Origin: Acidobacteriota bacterium
Lineage (GTDB): Bacteria; Acidobacteriota; Thermoanaerobaculia; Multivoradales; UBA5704
Assembly: GCA_040349255.1 (NCBI GenBank)
Contig: JBEQUE010000010.1
Location: forward strand, 68,216-132,215
Direction: 5' to 3'
Length of the DNA: 64,000 nt
In this document: one piece after another, positions 17,065-23,828 of the stretch
Layout of the letters: every line of letters starts with the position of its first letter
Numbering within the stretch: position 1 is the stretch's first letter
Made by a program: the position numbers and the translations under genes
Notes under the pieces: model-generated
What the model was told of the DNA's origin: nothing
What the model saw: only the letters and a program-made list of their open reading frames with translations
Databases searched by the model: none

Positions 17065-18039
17065 TCAGCTCGCCTGGCGGCGGGCCAGGGTCTGCCGCCA
17101 GTAGTCGAGCAGGTCGTTGAGCGTCTGCTCGAACGGGATGCGCGGCTCCCAGCCGGTGTCGGCCTTGAACTTCGAGGCGTCGCCGATCAGGATCTCGACG
17201 TCGGACGGCCGCAGGCGCTCCGGATCGACCTCGATCTTCACGTCCAGGCCGGAGATCTCGATTAGCCGGCTGAGCATCTCGCTGATGCGGATGCCGTTGC
17301 CCGTGGCGATGTTGTAAACCTCGCCGGGTTTGGCCTTGGTGACCGCGAGCCAGTAGGCGCGGACCATGTCGCGCACGTCCGTGAAGTCGCGGATGGCCTC
17401 GATGTTGCCCACCCGGATCACCGGGTCCTGGAGGCCGAGACCGATCGCCGCCACCTGGCTGCAGAAGTTCGAGGTCACGAACACCTGACCGCGGCGCGGA
17501 CCGGTGTGGTTGAAGCCGCGGGTGCGGACCACCTTGAGGCCGTAGCTCTGGAAGTACTGGTAGCCGAGGTAGTCCTGCGCCACCTTGGAGACCGCGTACG
17601 GCGACAGCGGGCGCAGCGGGTTGGTCTCCTTGATCGGCGTCTCGTCGGGCAGGACGAGGCCGTACTCCTCGCTGGAGCAGGCGATCTGCACGACCGGGTC
17701 GATGCGCAGGGCGCGGATGGCCTCGAACAGGTTGGTCTGGCCGGCCACGTTCGTGGTCAGCGTCTCGTTCGGCGCCGTCCAGCTCGACGGCACGAAGCTC
17801 TGGGCCGCGAGGTGGAAGATGACATCCGGCCGCGACTTGTCGAGCGCGGCGTGCATGGAGGTGTAGTCCCGCAGGTCGGCCTCCAGGAGCCGGATGCGCG
17901 AGCGCAGGTGCTCGACGTTGTCCATGCGGCTGCGCCAGCGGTAGGTTCCGAACACCTCCACGTCGGGGTGCTCGTTCAGCAGGTACTCCGCCAGGTGCGA
18001 CCCGGCGAAACCCGTGATTCCGGTGATCAGGGCCCTCAT
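17065..18039 (-). CDS. Extended-SDR sugar-nucleotide 4,6-dehydratase-like enzyme (GDP-mannose 4,6-dehydratase family)
   Basis: MRALITGITGFAGSHLAEYLL, SSEEYG, YAVSK and GFNHTGPRRGQVFVTSNF resemble GMD-type dehydratases. ATG 18039 forms an ATGA overlap with the rmlD stop. Confidence 0.75.
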   Translation of the reverse strand: MRALITGITGFAGSHLAEYLLNEHPDVEVFGTYRWRSRMDNVEHLRSRIRLLEADLRDYTSMHAALDKSRPDVIFHLAAQSFVPSSWTAPNETLTTNVAGQTNLFEAIRALRIDPVVQIACSSEEYGLVLPDETPIKETNPLRPLSPYAVSKVAQDYLGYQYFQSYGLKVVRTRGFNHTGPRRGQVFVTSNFCSQVAAIGLGLQDPVIRVGNIEAIRDFTDVRDMVRAYWLAVTKAKPGEVYNIATGNGIRISEMLSRLIEISGLDVKIEVDPERLRPSDVEILIGDASKFKADTGWEPRIPFEQTLNDLLDYWRQTLARRQAS

Positions 18040-18917
18040 CTGACTTCCTTTCTCTCCTTGCGCGATGACCGCAGAAGTGCAAGATAATCGACCAGGCCCC
18101 AGCCCCAGGGCTCGACGCGGCGGCCGATGGCCTCCTCGAAGCGCGCGACGTCCAGGACCGAGAAGGCCGGACGCGGGGCGGGGCGCGGGAATTCGTTCGT
18201 GGTGACCGGCACGACCTCGGGGATGCGCCGGGTGCCGGACCACAGGCCGGCGATCTCGGACGCGAACTCGTACCAGGAGACGGGCTCGCGGTTGCGGTAG
18301 TGGACGATGCCGCGGACGTCCTCGGCGGCCAGGTCGAGGACGGCGCGCGCCAGGAACAGCGTATAGGTGGGCGCACCCTGCTGGTCGCGGACGACCCGCA
18401 GCGGCTTGCCCTCCTCGATCAGGCGAACGATGGTGGCCACGAAGTTCGGGCCGCCCGGGCCGAACAGCCAGCTCGTGCGCACGACGGTCGAGCGGTCGTG
18501 GGCCAGGACGCGGCGCTCGCCGTCGAGCTTGCTCTGGCCGTAGACCGACAGCGGACCGGTCGGATCGTCCTCGCGATACGGCACATCTCCCTGCCCGTCG
18601 AATACGTAGTCCGTGGAGACGTGGACGATCCGCGCGCCCACCGACCGCGCCGCCGCGATCACGTTGTCCACGGCCTCGCCGTTGATCGCGAAGGCCGGCT
18701 CGCGGCCTTCTCCTTCGCAGGCGTCCACCTTGGTGTAGGCCGCGCAGTTGACGACCAGCTCCGGTCGGAACGCGTCCGCCCAGTAGAGCAGCCGGTCGCG
18801 GTCGCGGATGTCGGCCTGCGCATGGGAAAGGCCGAGCACGGGCATGGAGCGGGAGCGGGCCTCGGCCACCATGGCTCGGCCCAGCATGCCCGTCCCGCCG
18901 AGGACGAGCGTTCTCAT
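18036..18917 (-). CDS. rmlD: dTDP-4-dehydrorhamnose reductase
   Basis: MRTLVLGGTGMLGRAM..., VNCAAYTKVDACE, STDYVFDG, YGQSKLDGE and RTSWLFG are classic RmlD blocks. Confidence 0.85.
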   Translation of the reverse strand: MRTLVLGGTGMLGRAMVAEARSRSMPVLGLSHAQADIRDRDRLLYWADAFRPELVVNCAAYTKVDACEGEGREPAFAINGEAVDNVIAAARSVGARIVHVSTDYVFDGQGDVPYREDDPTGPLSVYGQSKLDGERRVLAHDRSTVVRTSWLFGPGGPNFVATIVRLIEEGKPLRVVRDQQGAPTYTLFLARAVLDLAAEDVRGIVHYRNREPVSWYEFASEIAGLWSGTRRIPEVVPVTTNEFPRPAPRPAFSVLDVARFEEAIGRRVEPWGWGLVDYLALLRSSRKERKEVR

Positions 18918-19022
18918 GGGATTGATCTCATCAGGGTTGAAACCGGTCCAGACGGTCCTTCAGCGGCCCGCATTGTATGCGGAGAGACCCGGTTTGGCGA
19001 CACCCGGTCTCCGGGTTGCGGT

Positions 19023-19814
19023 TCAGCCGCGTCCGCGGAGGCGGTCGAGCTCGGCCTGCAGGCTTGCGTTTTCGGCCTCGACCGCCTTGCGGGCTTCGAC
19101 CGCTGCCCGCGCAAGGTCCTTCTCTTCCTGCCGGGTCAGGAGAGGCTTGCCCGAAGGGTGCTCGGACATCCGAACGCGGTTGCCATCCGGAGTGACCTGG
19201 AACCAGAGGCCGGTCGTCTCGGAGAGCAGGCGCCCCTCCTCATCCGGCTCGATCGGCTGGTATCCCGAGGGGCCCAGCCGGTAGCCGAGAAGCCGGTAGC
19301 GGCGATCCCGGCGCTGGCAGTCGGCGATCAGGTACTCGGGGATCCCGACCCGCCGATAGAGGGCGACCTTGTCTTCCAGGTCGGTCTTGCGGATGCGGGA
19401 GGACAAGGGCGAAACCACCTCGATCACGAGACAGGGACGGACGCCTTGCGCGGCGACGTCGAAGCTCTCTCGGTCGGCCTCCTTGTCGCGCACGCCGCGG
19501 ATCACCGAGACGTCGGGGGACGGCTGGTCCAGCCCTGGACCGAACAGGAACTTGAGATCGAACGTGACCAGCACGTCCGGGACCGGCTGGAAGAAGTCGT
19601 CCAGCAGATCGGCGATCTGGCGTGCGGTGTCGCCGTGACGTTTTCCCTGGGACATGTGGTCGCCGACCTGGGGGTTCAGGAACAGCTCGGGAGTCAGGGG
19701 CATCACGACCAGCTCCATCCGGCCACCGGGACGTTCCACCCAACGCTCCAAGGTGATCCCCGGCTCCTCGTCGAGGAGCTCGTGTTCGATCGGCTTGCGG
19801 ACAGGTTCAGCCAT
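19023..19814 (-). CDS. Uma2-family (DUF820) restriction-endonuclease-like protein with coiled-coil tail, copy 1
   Basis: PD-(D/E)xK-like core PDVSVIRGV...PCLVIEVVSPLSSRIRKTDLEDKVALYRRVGIPEYLIAD typical of the Uma2 family. ATG 19814 (MAEPVRKPIE) lies 7 nt after a TATACT box. Close paralog of 21840..22631. Confidence 0.75.
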   Translation of the reverse strand: MAEPVRKPIEHELLDEEPGITLERWVERPGGRMELVVMPLTPELFLNPQVGDHMSQGKRHGDTARQIADLLDDFFQPVPDVLVTFDLKFLFGPGLDQPSPDVSVIRGVRDKEADRESFDVAAQGVRPCLVIEVVSPLSSRIRKTDLEDKVALYRRVGIPEYLIADCQRRDRRYRLLGYRLGPSGYQPIEPDEEGRLLSETTGLWFQVTPDGNRVRMSEHPSGKPLLTRQEEKDLARAAVEARKAVEAENASLQAELDRLRGRG

Positions 19815-19821
19815 GACCCCG

Positions 19822-19850
19822 AGTATAGACAGTCGCCCGAGACCCGTCAA
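19822..19850 (-). promoter_or_regulatory. Sigma70-type promoter TTGACG-17-TATACT, apparently driving a leaderless Uma2 mRNA
   Basis: On the minus strand: TTGACG (19850-19845), 17-nt spacer, TATACT (19827-19822), then 7 nt to ATG 19814. No room for an RBS. An identical element precedes copy 2. Confidence 0.5.
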
Positions 19851-20075
19851 AGATATCGCGGAAAGGAGACGAAGGGAAGGGGGCGACGCGGAAAGACGTC
19901 ACCAGCCTACGCAATCCCCACCTCGCGGAGTCCCAGAATAGATGCCCCCTATGAGAGCATGATAATAATCACTGCGATCGTTAGTTTCGCGCTAGCATAC
20001 GATGGCGAGGTTTGGAGGCCAGTCGCCTAACACAAGGCCTCAAGCGCCTGACGGCCCCGCCTAGGCCCGGATCGT

Positions 20076-21035
20076 TTGGCGGTCAGAGACGGATTCTTGA
20101 ATCTACGTGATCTCTTTAGAGTCTTCTCCTGGCGGCAACCGCCAGTGCCGACTTCGGCGCCTGCGCGGCCACTTACCCAGGCGTTCCGAACGCGAGTCGT
20201 GATGCGCGTCATGGACCGCTTCAGTGGAGAGGACAATCCATTCGGCGGCAGCGACTATCGCGGTGACTTCTGGCTGGCCATTCACAAGAGACTCCAGTAC
20301 CTCCACGGCGTTTCCGTCCTGGCTCCAGAAGCGCGCCCCAACTCCCCGCCAGACGATGCCATTGCCTTCCTCACTAACTGTTCTGACGACCACTTTCTCG
20401 ATTTCATCGAGCTCATTTTTAAGCTGGAGTTCTACTGGCGTGCCGTAAGAGACGAGAACTCGTTGGTAGACGACATCAATCACTTCTTTGAACTCGACGC
20501 ACTTCCCTATGCGCTAACCTCCTTCGTCCGCGAGGAACGAATCGAGGACTACCGAGGTACTCCTACCACTGCGTCATATCTAACAGAATTTCCTCGGGTA
20601 ATTCGCCGCGACAGCCAAGTGACACATGCTCAAGCAGTCGCACCGGCGTTGCAGCTGCTTGCGGACAAGAGGTTCGCCTCGGCCAACCGCGAGTTTCTTG
20701 AAGCCTTGGAGGACTTCCGGAAACGCGACTACGACGACTGCCTCGTAAAGTGTGGCAGCGCCTTCGAGAGTGCCCTCAAACTCATCTGTGAAACAAAGGG
20801 CTGGCCTTACAAGCAATCCGATACGGCAAAGACCTTGCTCCAGACCGTTATCTCCAACTCTACGCTGGACCCATACTTTGAGCAGCCGCTCTTGGTTATC
20901 GCCATACTCAGGAACCGCGAAAGCACCGCTCATGGAGCGGGTGTCCATGCCCGCAACGTACCGCCACAGCGTGCGCAGTTCGCGATCAACGCCACGGCCG
21001 CGGGCATCCTCCTCGTGGTTCAAGAATGCCTCTGA
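20076..21035 (+). CDS. AbiJ-like HEPN-domain protein (AbiJ N-terminal-domain-like + C-terminal HEPN)
   Basis: C-terminal RNRESTAHG fits the HEPN Rx4-6H motif. N-terminal FRVFSWRQ...LTQAFRTRVVMRVMD resembles AbiJ-NTD4-type openings (recollection). Visibly more A/T-rich than its flanks. TTG start at 20076 is uncertain (TTG 20097 also possible). Confidence 0.6.
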   Translation: MAVRDGFLNLRDLFRVFSWRQPPVPTSAPARPLTQAFRTRVVMRVMDRFSGEDNPFGGSDYRGDFWLAIHKRLQYLHGVSVLAPEARPNSPPDDAIAFLTNCSDDHFLDFIELIFKLEFYWRAVRDENSLVDDINHFFELDALPYALTSFVREERIEDYRGTPTTASYLTEFPRVIRRDSQVTHAQAVAPALQLLADKRFASANREFLEALEDFRKRDYDDCLVKCGSAFESALKLICETKGWPYKQSDTAKTLLQTVISNSTLDPYFEQPLLVIAILRNRESTAHGAGVHARNVPPQRAQFAINATAAGILLVVQECL

Positions 21036-21300
21036 TATATGTGGCCGGGACCAATCCCCGGGAATTGACACACAGCATATCAGCATTGCCAACAATGGCG
21101 GCAGACTCAGGACGAAGCTCTCCTCCGTGGCGTCGTCTGAGCCATAGAACGTTCTCCGAGAGCCTGCCTGCCGGATTCCCGGCGAAACCCAGGTCCGCCG
21201 AGGCCAATCGACGGCTGAAAGCTCGCCTATCTGCCGCGCAAGCAGGCTCGGCGGACAGTCCGTCCAGCTTATCGAAGGCGGTTGTCGACTTCTCCGCGGG

Positions 21301-21821
21301 CCGGTAAGGTTACCGGGGACGCGACAATCTTGTCTGGCGCCGTACAAAGTCTGGCAGGCGGCAGACAGGCTTGTCTGTCGCAAACAAGGTTGACGGGAGA
21401 GAGGCTCGACTTATTTCGCCGCGCGACAAGCTTATCCATGGCGCGATAAGCTTATCCACCGCTCGCTAACGTTATCGGGGACCCGACAAGCTTGTCGGAG
21501 GCAAGACAAGCTTGTCAGCCTCCAAGACAGGGTTGTCGGCGGCAAGAAAACGTTAGCAGGAGCCAGCACAACGTTATCCGCGGCAAGTCAAGGTTGCTGG
21601 CCGGCAAACAAGGTTGTCTCGCCGTAGATAAGCTTTAGGGACCGGAAAGCAACGTTGGCTCGCCGCCGACAACCTTGTCGGCGACCAAACAACCTTGTCG
21701 GCTTCCAGGACAAGGTTGTCGGCGCCCGGATAACGTTATGAGCAGCCCGGATAATGTTATCCGCGGCAAATCAAGGTTGTCTCGCCGCAGATAAGCTTGT
21801 CAGCCTTCCCACAAGCCTTCG
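21301..21821. repeat. Tandem array of 26 units with 19-21 bp centre-to-centre spacing, each with a 12-bp quasi-palindrome GAYAAS-STTRTC
   Basis: Hand-mapped cores include GACAATCTTGTC 21323-21334, GATAAGCTTATC 21445-21456, GACAAGCTTGTC 21485-21496 and 21505-21516, GACAACCTTGTC 21668-21679, GACAAGGTTGTC 21709-21720 and GATAAGCTTGTC 21790-21801. Lies between the convergent 3' ends of the HEPN gene and Uma2 copy 2. Confidence 0.9.
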
Positions 21822-21839
21822 CCGTAACCCGCCAGGCAC

Positions 21840-22631
21840 CTATCGCGGGCCGCGGAGGCGATCGAGCTCCGCCCGGAGCCGGGCGACCTCATCCTCGGCA
21901 ACCCGCGCTTTCTCTTCGGCCGCGCTGCGCAGGTCCGCCTCTTCGTCATGGGTCAGGAGAAGCCGGCCGGATGGGTGCTCGAACGTCCGTACGTGATCGC
22001 CGTCGGGAGTGACCTGGAACCAGAGGCCGGTCGTCTCGGAGAGGAAGCGCTCCTGCTCGTCCAGCTCGACCCTTTGATACCCGGAGGAGCCCAGTCGATA
22101 GCCGAGGAGGCGGTAGTGGCGATCGTGGCGCTGGCAGTCGACGATCAGGTACTCCTGGATTCCGACGCGCCGATAGAGCGCGACTTTGTCCTCCATGTCG
22201 GTCTTGCGGATACGGGAGGACAGGGGCGAGACGACTTCGACGACCAGGCAGGGGCGGACGCCCTCGGCGGCGATGTCGAAGCTCTTCCGGTCGGCCTTCT
22301 TGTCGCGCACGCCGCGGATCACCGACACATCGGGAGAAGGCTGCGACAGGCCCGGACCGAAGCGGTGCTGGACATCATAGGTGACCACAACGTCAGGGAT
22401 GGGGCCAAAGAAACGAACCAGAGCGCCGTAGATCTCGTACACGGTCTCGCCGTGGCGCTTTCCCTGGGTCATGTGGTCGCCGAACCGGGGGTTCAGGAAC
22501 AGCTCGGGCGTCAGCGGCATCTCGACCAGCTCCATCCGGCCACCGGGACGTTCGACCCAGCGCTCCAGGGTCATCCCCGGCTCCTCGTCGAGGAGATCGG
22601 ATTCGATCGGCTTGCGGACAGGTTCAGCCAT
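21840..22631 (-). CDS. Uma2-family (DUF820) restriction-endonuclease-like protein with coiled-coil tail, copy 2
   Basis: Same architecture and mostly identical sequence to 19023..19814 (MAEPVRKPIESDLLDEEPGMTLERWVERPGGRMEL...). Same promoter and leaderless context. Confidence 0.75.
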   Translation of the reverse strand: MAEPVRKPIESDLLDEEPGMTLERWVERPGGRMELVEMPLTPELFLNPRFGDHMTQGKRHGETVYEIYGALVRFFGPIPDVVVTYDVQHRFGPGLSQPSPDVSVIRGVRDKKADRKSFDIAAEGVRPCLVVEVVSPLSSRIRKTDMEDKVALYRRVGIQEYLIVDCQRHDRHYRLLGYRLGSSGYQRVELDEQERFLSETTGLWFQVTPDGDHVRTFEHPSGRLLLTHDEEADLRSAAEEKARVAEDEVARLRAELDRLRGPR

Positions 22632-22638
22632 GACCCCG

Positions 22639-22667
22639 AGTATAGACAGTCGCCCGAGACCCGTCAA
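22639..22667 (-). promoter_or_regulatory. Sigma70-type promoter TTGACG-17-TATACT, leaderless arrangement (copy 2)
   Basis: TTGACG 22667-22662, 17-nt spacer, TATACT 22644-22639, then 7 nt (cggggtc) to ATG 22631. Confidence 0.5.
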
Positions 22668-22726
22668 AGATATCGCGGAGAGGAGACGAAGGGAAGAGGG
22701 CGACGCCGAAAGGCGTCACGCAGCGG

Positions 22727-23806
22727 CTACGTGATCCCGACCTCCGAGTTGTCGCCGAGCATGAAGCGATACGCCTTGGGCTTGAAGTCGGTCTTGGTGA
22801 TCCGGACGTTCCGGCCGATGAGCGAGCCGTCGATCCGCAGCGGCACGTCCCGGATCTCCGAGTCCTGCAGGATGATCGAGTTCTCCACCTCGCAGCAGAC
22901 CAGCGTGCAGCGCGGGCCGATCGAGGTGTAGGGGCCGACGAAGGTGTTCTCCAGGCGCGTGCCGGCGCCGATCACGACCGGACCGCGCACCAGCGAATCG
23001 ATCAGCTCGACCCCCTCTCCCAGCTCCACCCGGCCTTCGATCCGGCTCCCCTTGCCGACCGTTCCCGGCAGCCCCGCGTCGAGCCCTTCGAGCACGATGC
23101 GGTTGGCCTCCAGCATGTCCTCCAGCTTGCCGGTGTCCTTCCACCAGCCGCGGACGATGTGCGGATGGACCTGGAGACCCCGGTCGATCAGGTCCTGGAT
23201 GGCGTCCGTGATCTCCAGCTCGCCGCGGGCCGAGGGCTTGATGCGGTGGACCGACTCGAAGATCGTCTTGTCGAACATGTAGACGCCGACCAGCGCCAGG
23301 TTGCTCTTCGGCTCCTTCGGCTTCTCGACCAGGCGATGGACCTTGCCTTCGGGAGTCAGCTCGGCCACGCCGAACTGCTCGGGGTGCGGCACCTCGGCGA
23401 GCAGGATCTCGGAGCTGCAGGCGCCGCGGCCGTGGAGGGCGCGGAACTCGTCCACCAGGCCCGTGATGCCGCCGGCGATCAGGTTGTCGCCCAGGTACAT
23501 GACGAACGGCGAGCCTGCCATGAACTCCTCGGCGATCATGACCGCATGGGCGAGGCCGCGCGGCGCGTCCTGCTCCAGGTAGGTGACGCGGGCGCCGAAG
23601 CGCGAGCCGTCGCCGACCGCGGCCCGGATCTCCTCGCGGGTCTCGCCCACCACGATGCCGATCTCCGCAATGCCGGCCGCCACGATCGCCTCGATCGCGT
23701 AGAACAGCACCGGCTTGTTCGCCACCGGCACGAGCTGCTTGGCGGACGTATAGGTGAGCGGGCGCAGGCGAGTGCCCTTGCCGCCCGAGAGGATCAAGCC
23801 CTTCAT
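22727..23806 (-). CDS. Long-form sugar-1-phosphate nucleotidyltransferase (glucose-1-phosphate thymidylyltransferase-like) with C-terminal left-handed beta-helix
   Basis: MKGLILSGGKGTRLRPLTYTSAKQLVPVANKPVLFYAIE is the canonical G1P-nucleotidyltransferase N-terminus. C-terminal hexapeptide-like repeats. GGAGG RBS before ATG 23806. Confidence 0.85.
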   Translation of the reverse strand: MKGLILSGGKGTRLRPLTYTSAKQLVPVANKPVLFYAIEAIVAAGIAEIGIVVGETREEIRAAVGDGSRFGARVTYLEQDAPRGLAHAVMIAEEFMAGSPFVMYLGDNLIAGGITGLVDEFRALHGRGACSSEILLAEVPHPEQFGVAELTPEGKVHRLVEKPKEPKSNLALVGVYMFDKTIFESVHRIKPSARGELEITDAIQDLIDRGLQVHPHIVRGWWKDTGKLEDMLEANRIVLEGLDAGLPGTVGKGSRIEGRVELGEGVELIDSLVRGPVVIGAGTRLENTFVGPYTSIGPRCTLVCCEVENSIILQDSEIRDVPLRIDGSLIGRNVRITKTDFKPKAYRFMLGDNSEVGIT

Positions 23807-23828
23807 GTCTCCTCCCATCGGGGAACGC

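Noticed and set aside
15098-17104. Long shadow ORFs opposite real genes: 15098..17104(+), 18300..20030(+), 23754..25454(+), 23803..25557(-), 26327..27751(+), 27758..28963(-), 31029..32834(-), 36444..38669(+), 44456..46777(+), 49023..52223(-), 49334..52306(+), 56686..58032(-), 61811..63037(-)
   Set aside because: All show the compositional signature of non-coding frames in G+C-rich coding DNA (runs of R, A, G, P, H, D, V). Each is fully covered by a motif-supported gene in another frame.
21026-21307. Small ORFs 21026..21307(+) and 20986..21207(-) as a candidate antitoxin for the HEPN gene
   Set aside because: No RBS, Ser/Arg/Pro-rich composition, and overlap with each other and with the HEPN gene end. 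No MNT, HTH or RHH motif.
21301-21821. Possibility that the periodic arrays (also 10601-10860 and 56510-56840) are CRISPR arrays
   Set aside because: The period is only 20-21 bp, with 6-8 bp variable linkers. There are no spacer-sized unique segments, no leader and no cas genes in the window.
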